Part shown: one piece after another, positions 46,237-55,943 of the stretch
Numbering within the stretch: the first letter of the stretch is position 1
Layout: every line of letters begins with the position of its first letter
Source of the DNA: an uncultured Gammaproteobacteria bacterium
GTDB taxonomy: Bacteria; Patescibacteriota; Patescibacteriia; Patescibacteriales; BS150m-G62
Direction of reading: 5' to 3'
Length of the DNA stretch: 64,000 nt
NCBI GenBank assembly: GCA_964569045.1
Contig: CAZMSR010000001.1
Location: forward strand, 2,593 to 66,592
Position numbers and translations under genes: made by a program
The notes under the pieces: generated by a model
Databases searched by the model: none
Seen by the model: only the letters and a program-made list of their open reading frames with translations
What the model was told of the DNA's origin: nothing

Positions 46237-47088
46237 ATGAAAAATATTATACTTTTTGTGTCCATAATTACGTTTGTTGTGTTTGTATTTTTGATTAGCG
46301 GAGTTATATATATTAATAGTCTTAAAGATGAATCTTTAAAAGATATTGATTATTCGGATGATAAAATAAAAAAAACTATAATTAATAAAGAAAAAAAAGA
46401 TAATAACAAAAAATATAAAAAAACAATTATTGAAAATGCCTCTTTACTTCAGCAGCACAAACCAAGTATTTCTAGTGGTCAGTTAAATGAATATATGAAT
46501 ATAATTCAAGAAGATAAAAGCATTAAACATTGCCTTGAGTTTGAGGATAGGGAGTTATGCCAATCTTCTGTAGCATTTATTGCCGGTGATATGGATTATT
46601 GCCATTATTTTGAAGGAAGTTTTAAAAGCAAAAAAGAAGCAAATTTATTTACTAATAATTGTGAAAAATTAATAGTTGTTGAGCAAGGTGCTAAAAATGT
46701 AGAAGCTTGTCAGAAATTAACAGGTGATAAGTACTATGATTGTTTAAGAGGTATTTTTCATATTTTTTTAAATAAAAAGGATTGCGCTACAATAAAACAT
46801 GCCCAAGCTAGGAGTTTGTGCATGGATATTATTACTTACAAAAATGCATATATAAAATACAATCAAGAATTATGCAAGGATGTTAAAGATAAAAAATTAA
46901 ACAATTATTGTAAAAGTAATATTTTAAGTAAAACGCAAGACACTGATAATGATGGGTTACCGGATCTAGACGAAATAAGAATTCATCAAACAGACCCCAA
47001 AAACCCCGACACCGACGGCGATGGCTACACAGATGGCGAAGAAGTGCAGGCCGGGTATAATCCATTGGGAAAAGGTAAGCTTAAATAA
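46237..47088 (+). CDS. N-terminally anchored Cys-containing protein with C-terminal thrombospondin-type-3-like repeats (anchor 2)
   Basis: One TM helix. C-terminus DTDNDGLPDLDEIRIHQTDPKNPDTDGDGYTDGEEVQAGYNPLG. Paralog of 49867..50643. Confidence 0.6.
   Translation: MKNIILFVSIITFVVFVFLISGVIYINSLKDESLKDIDYSDDKIKKTIINKEKKDNNKKYKKTIIENASLLQQHKPSISSGQLNEYMNIIQEDKSIKHCLEFEDRELCQSSVAFIAGDMDYCHYFEGSFKSKKEANLFTNNCEKLIVVEQGAKNVEACQKLTGDKYYDCLRGIFHIFLNKKDCATIKHAQARSLCMDIITYKNAYIKYNQELCKDVKDKKLNNYCKSNILSKTQDTDNDGLPDLDEIRIHQTDPKNPDTDGDGYTDGEEVQAGYNPLGKGKLK
46939..47063 (+). repeat. 125-bp near-identical segment, copy 1 (pairs with 50494..50618)
   Basis: 4 mismatches in 125 bp by eye against 50494..50618, while the rest of the two genes is strongly diverged. 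Confidence 0.85.
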
Positions 47089-47104
47089 AATTATTATAAA
47101 AAAA

Positions 47105-47127
47105 ATGACTTATAAAATATAAGTCAT
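47105..47127. terminator. perfect 10-bp hairpin after anchor-2 gene (weak terminator candidate)
   Basis: ATGACTTATA - AAA - TATAAGTCAT, preceded by an A-run. Only a short T-rich tail follows. Confidence 0.3.
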
Positions 47128-47224
47128 ATTGTAAATTATTTATTTCAGAAGATTTAAAATTCTTGGAAGCATTAGTATACCGACAAAGAGTGCTCCAAAT
47201 AATGTGGCAATAATTTTTTAACAA

Positions 47225-49858
47225 ATGCTAAAAAATTTACTCTTAATAATAGTACCGGTTTTTATATTTTTACTATCATTTAATAGCGCTAAAGCTTTTA
47301 CTGTTTGCGCAGTAATGGAGTCTGAATACACGCTTAGTAGTGGAGCAAGTGGAAATTGCGGTAGCACCATAACAGGTATAAACACTGTTGAGGTTCAACA
47401 ATTTTTAGTTAATAACCCACCTATCTTTACAGGCTGGAATTTTTCAAGAGCAAATACCGGTAGTAACTATTCAGCTCACATACAAGCCAAAGACCCTGAT
47501 GGGAACGAAGTCTTCTGGGAAGTTAATGCGGACAGTGATAGATGTACTAATAATATGGAATGCACAACTCAGGGTGATGAGGATTGTGGTAATACTTGGG
47601 ATGATAATAAACATTTTTGGACAACTTGGGTTGATGATAAAATTGAATGGGGCGCAGATGCTATGGATAATTTAAAAGCCGAGAGAACTTTTATTAGAAA
47701 CCAAAAAAAATTTGACTTTGGAATTGCCGGCAATACTAGTAAATGTTTTTTTGATGTGACTATAAGAGATCGATTTAATGAAAGTGAAGGGCTAGCAACA
47801 ACAAAAACTTTTTGGGTAGAAACAAACCCTTTGCCGGAGATTATAATTAATAGTTATTCTAATCCATTTGAACCTACTGAAGATAATTATCAATTCACAT
47901 TCTCATTTGAAGCAAAAAGTGTTTATACCGACAATTATCCTCTAGAATTAGAAATTACTGTAGAACCTAGTGAATATACTTCAATAGAAGATTGGTTTAA
48001 TTCTTTTGGAATTGATGATTTTAAGGTGGTCCAAGCTTTAGGTGAAAACGAAGAAAGATTTAAGCAAGTTGAAGATGGAACTAAATATGAATACAATATA
48101 ATCGGCAATTTTAAACCACATCAAGTAGTGATTCAAGGCAAGCATTCTTATTCTATAGATGTAAAAATTAAAGTAACAGACGTTAATGATAATGTTTCAG
48201 AAGAAAATGCAACACTAACAATAAAAAATAATGCGCCGACTATAACTCCTGATTGTGAAGATTTTTCTGACTTAAGCAATATTAATATAGAAACAGATGA
48301 ACAATTTATTTGCGATATTTCTATGGTTGATACCGCTGGCCAACATTTGAATTTTTATTACAAATTACCGGAAGGCCTTAGAAGCAATCAACACACAACA
48401 TCATTAGGTTATCCTTATTTGATTATTGGGGATAGGCCAATTGAATGCGCTCCAAATTGCCCTGAATTTTATGTAAAAGCCATTGACCAATTTGGCGCAG
48501 AAACAAAAGTAGATTTAAATTTTAATATAACAACAGTCTGTGGCGATGGGCGAGTGCAGTCACCGAATGATAGTGGCGATAACGAGGTTTGTGATCGATA
48601 TGAAAGTGATCCTATTACTGGATTAAATGGTTGGAGTTGCTTTAATGCTTATGGAACAATTGGTTGTAGTAGTGATTGCAAGAGTAGGACATGTAGTGGT
48701 GGGGGTGGTGGTACTCCGGGGCAGTTGTATGAAGGTATTTGTGGAGATAGTGATACACAAGGCCCGGAAGAATGTGATGCTATCTCTGCATGTTGCATTG
48801 AGCGAAATACTACAACTGGCATTGGGTGTAAATTTGAATGCACCTCAAGTAATTATTCCGAAGCTAATATTGGCTTCGGTTCGCTACCTATTGATTCAAT
48901 TGAATTAGCAAATAATGAAACTACGCAAATGAAAATCCCAGCATGCCGGGTGCATTATGATTTGAATATGAGACTTGAAAGTATTGGAGATCTTGCACCT
49001 TTACCAAATTTAGCAATTATTTTTATAACCGATACTTCCGGGAGCATGAAATACAGTCAGCCAACAAATGGTAGAGAATCAGATGGTAATATGCCGGCTA
49101 TAAAAACAGCTTTAGATAATGTTTTGGATTCTTTGCATGATAAAGCAAAAGAAAGTCCGGGCTCTACTATAAAAGTTGCTTTGCTAGAGTCGAATAATGG
49201 ATTTACCGATTATGATAGCTATGATGAGCAAACAGTTTTTCGTGATATTTCTAATTTAATAAATAATGATTATCTGAAAAATGTTGTGGCACTATATGAT
49301 TATGGTTCTGCAAGTTCCGGTGGGGGAGGTGGCGATAATAATAATAGAGTGATAGATATTGCAGATCAGATGTTTAACGATTCCTCTTTAAGCGGATATA
49401 GTAAAATTATTGTAGCTTTAGCTGATAATAGAAATTATAATAGGGACCATCTTCATTCGGTAAAAAGGTATGGTGAAGTTTATACAATTTCTTATGAAAG
49501 AGATTATGATTATGAGATTTGTGATATGTCTAGTGGAACTAGGTGTGATATTTCTATGGATGCAAGTATAGATAATTATACAAATGATTATGCTTATTTA
49601 GGTGGACCTAATATTTCCGGTGTGTATAGAAAGATTATCGAACAGGCTACTGTGGCCCCTGCAGGTGAAGTAACTATTATTTTTGGCAACTCAACAAGTC
49701 ATACTGTATCTACTAATGATTTTGGAAATAAAATTTTTCAATTAGATAATATTTGTTCCGACTCACCACGTTCTATACCACTTAGTGTAGAATTTAATGG
49801 TGGTGGTAAAGTAAAATTTAGCGAGGCAAAGTTTGAGTACTGCGAAGTTTGTAATTAA
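47225..49858 (+). CDS. secreted Cys-rich multidomain protein with Ig/cadherin-like repeats and C-terminal vWA domain
   Basis: Signal peptide ..SFNSAKA. Mature N-terminus FTVCAVMES. VCGDGRVQ..EVCD and ICGDSDTQGPEECD motifs. vWA MIDAS IFITDTSGSMKY. Confidence 0.7.
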   Translation: MLKNLLLIIVPVFIFLLSFNSAKAFTVCAVMESEYTLSSGASGNCGSTITGINTVEVQQFLVNNPPIFTGWNFSRANTGSNYSAHIQAKDPDGNEVFWEVNADSDRCTNNMECTTQGDEDCGNTWDDNKHFWTTWVDDKIEWGADAMDNLKAERTFIRNQKKFDFGIAGNTSKCFFDVTIRDRFNESEGLATTKTFWVETNPLPEIIINSYSNPFEPTEDNYQFTFSFEAKSVYTDNYPLELEITVEPSEYTSIEDWFNSFGIDDFKVVQALGENEERFKQVEDGTKYEYNIIGNFKPHQVVIQGKHSYSIDVKIKVTDVNDNVSEENATLTIKNNAPTITPDCEDFSDLSNINIETDEQFICDISMVDTAGQHLNFYYKLPEGLRSNQHTTSLGYPYLIIGDRPIECAPNCPEFYVKAIDQFGAETKVDLNFNITTVCGDGRVQSPNDSGDNEVCDRYESDPITGLNGWSCFNAYGTIGCSSDCKSRTCSGGGGGTPGQLYEGICGDSDTQGPEECDAISACCIERNTTTGIGCKFECTSSNYSEANIGFGSLPIDSIELANNETTQMKIPACRVHYDLNMRLESIGDLAPLPNLAIIFITDTSGSMKYSQPTNGRESDGNMPAIKTALDNVLDSLHDKAKESPGSTIKVALLESNNGFTDYDSYDEQTVFRDISNLINNDYLKNVVALYDYGSASSGGGGGDNNNRVIDIADQMFNDSSLSGYSKIIVALADNRNYNRDHLHSVKRYGEVYTISYERDYDYEICDMSSGTRCDISMDASIDNYTNDYAYLGGPNISGVYRKIIEQATVAPAGEVTIIFGNSTSHTVSTNDFGNKIFQLDNICSDSPRSIPLSVEFNGGGKVKFSEAKFEYCEVCN

Positions 49859-49866
49859 ATTTTTTT

Positions 49867-50643
49867 ATGAATAAACAAGTAAAAATTTTTCTATTTTCTA
49901 TTTTATTTTTAATTGTTTTTTTTACTATCACTATATTTGCATTAAGAAAAATAGTTAATCAGAAAGAAATTAATATTCAACAAAACCAAATTAAAGACAA
50001 TAGTAAAAATACTGAAGAATTAATGCAAGAGAAAAGTGATGAAAAAGAAAATGACAATAAAATATATAGTGAAATAAAAATATCAAAAGATTACACTAAA
50101 TGCCAAAATATTAGCAATGATTCTAAAAGAGATTTGTGTTACTTTTTATTAGGGCTTGAATCAAAAGACAAGGAGGTATGTAAATTTATTCAAAAAGAAA
50201 GTCAAAAAGAAGAGTGTGAAAACAAGGTTATGTATAATTTTGCATTAGACTCTGATGACATAGAATTATGCAATTCTGTGAAGAATAAAAGATTGCTTGA
50301 TTCGTGCATAGTACGAATAATATCAGATAAAGCTTTTTCTAAAAGTGACTGTCAAAAATTAAATACTCTTCAACAAGAGATTTGTTTATCATATATACAA
50401 TTTAATGACATTATTAAAAAGAGTGATATAAATAAATGCGATTCATTAAATAAAGCTGACCAAAGTGAATGTCAAGACATATTAAATAGTAAAGACACTG
50501 ATAATGATGGGTTACCGGATCTAGACGAAATAAGAATTCATCAAACAGACCCCAAAAATCTCGACACCGACGGCGATGGCTACACAGATGGCGAAGAAGT
50601 CCGGGCCGGGTATAATCCTTTGGGAGCAAGCAATCTTAAGTAA
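49867..50643 (+). CDS. N-terminally anchored Cys-containing protein with C-terminal thrombospondin-type-3-like repeats (anchor 3)
   Basis: One TM helix. C-terminus DTDNDGLPDLDEIRIHQTDPKNLDTDGDGYTDGEEVRAGYNPLG. Starts 8 nt after the vWA gene. Confidence 0.6.
   Translation: MNKQVKIFLFSILFLIVFFTITIFALRKIVNQKEINIQQNQIKDNSKNTEELMQEKSDEKENDNKIYSEIKISKDYTKCQNISNDSKRDLCYFLLGLESKDKEVCKFIQKESQKEECENKVMYNFALDSDDIELCNSVKNKRLLDSCIVRIISDKAFSKSDCQKLNTLQQEICLSYIQFNDIIKKSDINKCDSLNKADQSECQDILNSKDTDNDGLPDLDEIRIHQTDPKNLDTDGDGYTDGEEVRAGYNPLGASNLK
50494..50618 (+). repeat. 125-bp near-identical segment, copy 2 (pairs with 46939..47063)
   Basis: See copy 1. Differences are two C/T changes and a GTGCAGG/GTCCGGG patch. 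Confidence 0.85.
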
Positions 50644-50664
50644 AATTGATATTATTGTAGGTTT

Positions 50665-50693
50665 TTGTGCATCTTTAATTTTTTTAGTATAAT
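50665..50693 (+). promoter_or_regulatory. candidate sigma70-type promoter for the T4SS-like sub-block
   Basis: TTGTGC - 17 nt - TATAAT, 67 nt upstream of ATG 50760. Such matches are frequent by chance in AT-rich DNA. Confidence 0.25.
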
Positions 50694-50759
50694 ATATGTA
50701 TAAGAAAAAAATGCATAGATTTTGTTATTAAAATAAAGCAATATTAGAGTATTTTTATT

Positions 50760-52199
50760 ATGCTCGAAATTTTGAAAAAGTATAATGAATTACCTCGAGA
50801 GCTCCGGGCTAAATTAGCTGCACCGGAGGTTTTAGCTATGGTAGAGAAATTAGAAAATATTTACGAACGAAAGCTTTCTCAGATTATTATGCGGGTTATG
50901 ATTAAAGAGCTAGAGGTTGCAGAATTAGTTGAGCAGTTTGTATATATTTACAAGTTAGAACGAAGTAAAGCTGAAGAGCTTGTGGAAAAATTAAAAAAGA
51001 ATATTTTTTGTCAAGTGAGTGATTACTTAAAATTTGAAGATACTGTTTGTGCAGTTGACTTTAAAGATAGCATGAAGCAAGTAAAAATTAGTGTAAACGT
51101 AAAAGAGCAAGTAGAAAGAGTTATAGATAAAGCCGAATTTAGTTTTGCCTCAGAAATGCTTGCAAATAGATTTAAAGACATTATAAAAACTAATATAGTA
51201 GGAGTAAGAGATTGTTTAAGCGTTAAAGAAACTTTAGCTAAGCCTGTGAATAAAGGAGGGGTAGGGCTTAATGAGGAAGAAATAAATAAGGTTATTAAAA
51301 TATTAAAATGTAAAGGCGATTTATTAAAAGAATTAGAAAAAAAAGAAGCTAAAAAAGAAGCGCCGGCTATAGGGTTAGACGTAGCTAGCTTGCGAGATGT
51401 ACCTTATGATTTAAATAAACTAAGGGAAATGAGTAAAAAAGGAGCAGAGCCAACACCTAAAAAACCACTAGAAATGACAAAAGAAGAGTTAAGTGCAGTG
51501 CCGGTAGAATCAGTTAAGCCGGAATCTCAAATTAAAAAAGAAATATCTAGCGCGGTTCCAAATGCACAAGAAGTTAAACCTTTAGAAAAAGTATTAAAAA
51601 TTGACCCTGCACCACAAAAAGAATTAGCAAAAGAAGTATTAGATACCACGCCAGAAGCGGTAGTTAAGAAGCCTTTGAAGAAAAAGTCTAGGTTTTTAGA
51701 TAATTTAAAAGCAATTTTACCGGAGCTTTCAAAACCTAAAGAAACAGTAGAAAACGGAATAAAAATTGTTACTAAGCCAAGTTTGCCAAAAGAAAAGTTA
51801 CAAAAACCAATTGTGAATCATGTAGTAGAAAACGGCAAGGTAAAAATGGAAGATATTCGCTATGTTAAGCGAACAATGGGTCCGATTGATGAGTTAGCTT
51901 ATTTGAGTTTAATGGATTTTCGGCGTTTGCACCAAAACCCGGCTGGAGCTATAATTAAAATAAAGGAAAAAATCGACTTACTTGGGGAATATTCATATGA
52001 ACGTAAGCAGCGCGGTATAAAAGCCTGGAGACAAAATCCGGTTAATAGGCTTTATTTAAAAATAGGAGAACTTAGTATGGCAAAATCAAAGCCCATTAAA
52101 GATATTGCAGAAGATTTAAAGCAAGATCAAAAAGACTACTTAAATGAAGATGAATTTAATGCCATTGGTGAACTAAATAACGAATTAAAATATTTTTAA
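50760..52199 (+). CDS. hypothetical K/E/P-rich protein with structured N- and C-terminal domains, first gene of the T4SS-like sub-block
   Basis: 479-aa ORF with 12-nt spacing to the PrgI-like gene. No catalytic motif recognised. Confidence 0.5.
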   Translation: MLEILKKYNELPRELRAKLAAPEVLAMVEKLENIYERKLSQIIMRVMIKELEVAELVEQFVYIYKLERSKAEELVEKLKKNIFCQVSDYLKFEDTVCAVDFKDSMKQVKISVNVKEQVERVIDKAEFSFASEMLANRFKDIIKTNIVGVRDCLSVKETLAKPVNKGGVGLNEEEINKVIKILKCKGDLLKELEKKEAKKEAPAIGLDVASLRDVPYDLNKLREMSKKGAEPTPKKPLEMTKEELSAVPVESVKPESQIKKEISSAVPNAQEVKPLEKVLKIDPAPQKELAKEVLDTTPEAVVKKPLKKKSRFLDNLKAILPELSKPKETVENGIKIVTKPSLPKEKLQKPIVNHVVENGKVKMEDIRYVKRTMGPIDELAYLSLMDFRRLHQNPAGAIIKIKEKIDLLGEYSYERKQRGIKAWRQNPVNRLYLKIGELSMAKSKPIKDIAEDLKQDQKDYLNEDEFNAIGELNNELKYF

Positions 52200-52211
52200 A
52201 AGCTAGCTTAC

Positions 52212-52631
52212 ATGAAACAGTTTACAATACCTCAGTTTATAGATGTTGAAGATAAAATTTTAGGGCCTTTAACGGTGCGTCAGTTTTTAATAATGCTTGT
52301 ATGCTCAATGATACTATTTGTGTATTACAAGGTTTTTGATTTTACTTTGTTTGTGGTTGCAGGATTAATAACTTTTGGAGTATTCGGAATACTGGCTTTT
52401 GCGCGAATTAATGGCAGACCATTTCATTTTTTTATACTAAATATAATCCAGACTCTAAAAAAACCGGGTTTAAGAGTTTGGAATAATACTGATGTATCTA
52501 AAATGACTGATGAAATTAAAGAGGAAGAAAAAGTCGACTACATTGCCGTTGCACCAAAGCCAATAACAAGTTCGCGCTTAACAGAATTATCTTTAACAGT
52601 AGATACATCAGGAACATACAAAACAAAATAA
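52212..52631 (+). CDS. PrgI/VirB3-like small membrane protein
   Basis: N-terminal FTIPQFIDVEDKILGPLTVRQF followed by two TM helices. Immediately upstream of the VirB4-like ATPase. Confidence 0.65.
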   Translation: MKQFTIPQFIDVEDKILGPLTVRQFLIMLVCSMILFVYYKVFDFTLFVVAGLITFGVFGILAFARINGRPFHFFILNIIQTLKKPGLRVWNNTDVSKMTDEIKEEEKVDYIAVAPKPITSSRLTELSLTVDTSGTYKTK

Positions 52632-52647
52632 AAAATAAAAATTATAA

Positions 52648-53343
52648 GTGGCAAAAAAACAAAAATCAAGAGACAGTTTAGCATCTAATAAAATTAGAGT
52701 ATCAACCCAAAAATATTTAGACATAGCTGAAATTAAAGAAGACACGGTAATTTTAAAAGATGGAGGGATGAGAGCTATTTTAATGGTTTCTAGTATTAAT
52801 TTTGCTTTAAAAAGCGAAGATGAACAGAACGCACTAGTAGCAGCTTATGTGAGTTTTATAAATAGTCTTGACTTTCCATTTCAGATTGTGATTCAATCGC
52901 GCGAATTAGATATGGAAAACTACATAAAAGACCTAAAGCAAAAAGAACGAGAACAAACAAACGAGCTATTAAAAATACAAATGGCAGAACATACTCAGTA
53001 TATTGAAGAATTAATTTCTATTGGGCGAATTATGAATAAGCGTTTTTACGCTGTTGTGCCATATAGCCCCGGGTCAGACAAGCACAAAAGTTTTTTTGAT
53101 TCATTATCCGATGCTTTTAAGCCGGCTGTATTAATACGTATAAAAGAAAAAATATTTTGGGATAGACGTGATCAATTAACAAAAAGAGTAGATAGAGTAA
53201 AAGCAGGGTTAGCATCTATGGGGCTTGTTGCTATTGATCTAGACACTCAAGCACTAATAGAACTTTTTTATAACACTTATAACCCTGTAACATCATCTCG
53301 TGAAAAACTTGCAAAAACAGAAGATTTAAGAGTTGTGAATTAA
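52648..53343 (+). CDS. hypothetical soluble protein of the T4SS-like module (resembles VirB4/TrbE N-terminal region)
   Basis: GTG start. YLDIAEIKEDTVILKDGGMRAILMVSSINFALKSEDEQ..FINSLDFPFQIVIQS pattern. Assignment is inference only. Confidence 0.4.
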   Translation: MAKKQKSRDSLASNKIRVSTQKYLDIAEIKEDTVILKDGGMRAILMVSSINFALKSEDEQNALVAAYVSFINSLDFPFQIVIQSRELDMENYIKDLKQKEREQTNELLKIQMAEHTQYIEELISIGRIMNKRFYAVVPYSPGSDKHKSFFDSLSDAFKPAVLIRIKEKIFWDRRDQLTKRVDRVKAGLASMGLVAIDLDTQALIELFYNTYNPVTSSREKLAKTEDLRVVN

Positions 53344-53351
53344 AATTAAAT

Positions 53352-55289
53352 ATGATTAATCCATTTAAAGTAAAAAAACAAGAAAAAGAAAAAAAGCAAG
53401 AAGAAGAGCTAATAGAAAAAAAGGAAACAGAAGAAATAGCTAAATCAGTAGAAAAAACAGAAGAGCTGGTTGAGGAGGAAAAAACTTTTAGAAGAGGAAT
53501 AATTTCAATAAGAGATATTATTGCGCCGGCAAGTATTAAAGTTTTACCTAATTTTTTACGTTTAGGTTCTAAATTTGTAAGGACAATTTTTGTAATAAAT
53601 TACCCTAGATATATTAGTGTTGGGTGGTTTACGCCTGTAGTTAACTTAAATCATACATTTGATATTGCTATGTACTTTTACCCGATTAAAAGCGCAATTA
53701 TACTTAAGCAATTAAAAAAGAAAGCCGGTGCTATGGAAGCACAAATAGTATCAGATGCTGAAAAAGGAGCAGCCAGAGACCCGTTGCGAGAAACAGCTTT
53801 GCGTGATATTGAAGACCTGAGAGATAAATTAACTCAAGGCACTGAAAAGTTTTTTCAATTTGGTTTATATGTAACACTTTACACTGAAACAAAGGATGAG
53901 CTAGACAAATTATCAGATGAGGTAGAAAGCATATTAGGGTCTCGTTTAATATATTCTAAAAAAGTTTTTTACCAATCAGAGCAGGGTTTTAATTCTACAT
54001 TACCACTTGATAATGACGAGCTTTATATAGTTTTTAATATGAATTCTTCTCCGGTGGCTTCGTCTTTTCCGTTTATGTCTAGCGAGCTAACTAGTGACAA
54101 AGGAATACTTTATGGAATAAATAGGCATAATAATAGTTTGATTATTTTTGATCGATTTAGTTTACAAAATGCCAATACGGTTGTATTTGCTACTTCAGGT
54201 GCCGGAAAGAGTTATGCTATTAAGCTTGAAATTTTAAGAACCTTGATGATGGGTACCGATGTAATTATTATTGATCCTGAATACGAGTACAAGCATTTAT
54301 CAGACGCTGTAGGCGGAACATATATTAATATATCATTAGCTAGTGAAAGTAAAATTAATCCCTTTGATTTGCCAAGAGCTATAGGAGATGAATCAAAGCC
54401 TGAGGATATTATTAGATCTGCTGTAATTACTACAAAAGGTTTAGTAAAACTAATGGTAGGTAAATTAACTTATGAAGAAGATTCAATAGTTGATCGGGCA
54501 CTACTTGAGACTTATGCTAAAAAAGATATTACTCCTGAAAGCGATTTATCAAAAGTAGAAGTGCCAATTATGCAAGATTTTTACGATGTTTTAGAAGGTA
54601 TGGAGGGTGGCTCTGATATTGCTCTTAGATTATTAAAATACACTAAAGGAACTTTTGCCGGACTATTAAACAATCCTACAAATGTTGAAATGGATAATCA
54701 GTTAGTTTGTTTTTCAGTTAGAGATTTAGAAGATGAGTTAAGACCAATAGGTATTTATACTATTGTAAATTATATATGGAATATTGTTCGATCTCAAATG
54801 AAAAAAAGAATTTTAGTTATTGATGAAGCTTGGTGGCTAATGCAAAGCGAAGATTCAGCCAAGTTTGTATTTGCTTTAGTAAAAAGATGCAGAAAATATT
54901 TTTTGGGAGTTACAACCATAACTCAAGATGTGAATGACTTTTTAACTTCTGTTTATGGAAAAGCTATTGTAACAAATTCTAGTTTGCAGATTCTTTTAAA
55001 ACAATCCCCGGCTGCAATTGACTTGGTGCAAAAAACTTTTATTTTAACTGAGGGAGAGAAATATTTACTATTAGAATGCGGAGTAGGTGAAGGAATATTT
55101 TTTGCCGGTAATAAGCATGCTGCAATTAAAATCGTTGCTTCATATACTGAGGATCAGCTAATAACTTCAGATCCAAGGCAGTTGCTTGAGATTGAAGAAT
55201 CAAAAAAAGAATTTGAAGAACAAAGAAAAAAAGCCTTAGGTGAGGCAGAAGAAGTTTCTCGAGAAGGAGTTGAGGAATTAGATATATAA
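53352..55289 (+). CDS. VirB4/TraC-family type IV secretion ATPase
   Basis: Walker A FATSGAGKSYAIK and Walker B RILVIDEAWWLM. N-terminal VRTIFVINYPRYISVGWF segment typical of Gram-positive-type VirB4. Confidence 0.85.
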   Translation: MINPFKVKKQEKEKKQEEELIEKKETEEIAKSVEKTEELVEEEKTFRRGIISIRDIIAPASIKVLPNFLRLGSKFVRTIFVINYPRYISVGWFTPVVNLNHTFDIAMYFYPIKSAIILKQLKKKAGAMEAQIVSDAEKGAARDPLRETALRDIEDLRDKLTQGTEKFFQFGLYVTLYTETKDELDKLSDEVESILGSRLIYSKKVFYQSEQGFNSTLPLDNDELYIVFNMNSSPVASSFPFMSSELTSDKGILYGINRHNNSLIIFDRFSLQNANTVVFATSGAGKSYAIKLEILRTLMMGTDVIIIDPEYEYKHLSDAVGGTYINISLASESKINPFDLPRAIGDESKPEDIIRSAVITTKGLVKLMVGKLTYEEDSIVDRALLETYAKKDITPESDLSKVEVPIMQDFYDVLEGMEGGSDIALRLLKYTKGTFAGLLNNPTNVEMDNQLVCFSVRDLEDELRPIGIYTIVNYIWNIVRSQMKKRILVIDEAWWLMQSEDSAKFVFALVKRCRKYFLGVTTITQDVNDFLTSVYGKAIVTNSSLQILLKQSPAAIDLVQKTFILTEGEKYLLLECGVGEGIFFAGNKHAAIKIVASYTEDQLITSDPRQLLEIEESKKEFEEQRKKALGEAEEVSREGVEELDI

Positions 55290-55307
55290 TAATTTATTTT
55301 AAAGAAT

Positions 55308-55943
55308 ATGCCTAGAAATTTAATTGGTGCAATAGTTATTATTATAGGTTTAGTTAGTCTTTTATTTTTTGGGTATGTAGTGTTTTTTAATAAAGAACAA
55401 TCAGTGGAGCATGTAATCACGGAAGAAGCCGCAATTTGGAAAAAAGAGCCGGAAAAAACAGAAAAACAAGAATTTCAAAAAAAAGATTTGCCAAAAAAAC
55501 AGAAAAGAACAATAGTAATAGAGTCAAGCGAGAAAGCTGAATCAATAGAAGAAGTTTTTTTAAATAAAATTGAGGTTGAGCGACTAGCCGGGAATTTTAT
55601 AGAGCGATATGGAAGTTACTCAAGTCAAGCAAATTATGCTAATTTACACGATTCAATGCTCTATATGACTGACGCTATGAAAGAACGAGTTTTAAGAAGC
55701 ATAAAAGCAAGCAAAGCTAGAAAAGAAGTTGATAGAACTGTTTATAAAAGTGTTGCAATACGTGCTGTTGCTCGCAAATTAATTAATTATAACAAAGGTG
55801 ATATTCGTGCGCGAGTGCTAGTTGGGGCGATTCAATCTGAGGTTTTGGGTGACAAGGAAGTAGCATCAAGAAATAGAAATGTTGAGGTACATTTAGTAAA
55901 AGTTGGAAAAACATGGAAAGTAGAAAATGTTATTTGGCAGTAG
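55308..55943 (+). CDS. bitopic membrane protein, possible VirB8/TcpC-like (NTF2-like) component
   Basis: N-terminal TM helix, charged linker, then a ~130-aa C-terminal domain ending VHLVKVGKTWKVENVIWQ. Fold assignment is inferred from layout only. Confidence 0.35.
   Translation: MPRNLIGAIVIIIGLVSLLFFGYVVFFNKEQSVEHVITEEAAIWKKEPEKTEKQEFQKKDLPKKQKRTIVIESSEKAESIEEVFLNKIEVERLAGNFIERYGSYSSQANYANLHDSMLYMTDAMKERVLRSIKASKARKEVDRTVYKSVAIRAVARKLINYNKGDIRARVLVGAIQSEVLGDKEVASRNRNVEVHLVKVGKTWKVENVIWQ

Noticed and set aside
46883-47065. Antisense ORFs of 60 and 71 aa (also at 50414..50629) with similar sequences
   Set aside because: Both arise from the GC-richer 125-bp duplicated segment read on the opposite strand. 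Their similarity reflects the DNA duplication, not a conserved gene.
46939-50618. Diversity-generating retroelement (template/variable repeat pair)
   Set aside because: The mismatches between the two 125-bp copies are not adenine-specific (C/T and G/C, A/G changes). No reverse transcriptase or accessory gene is present in the window.
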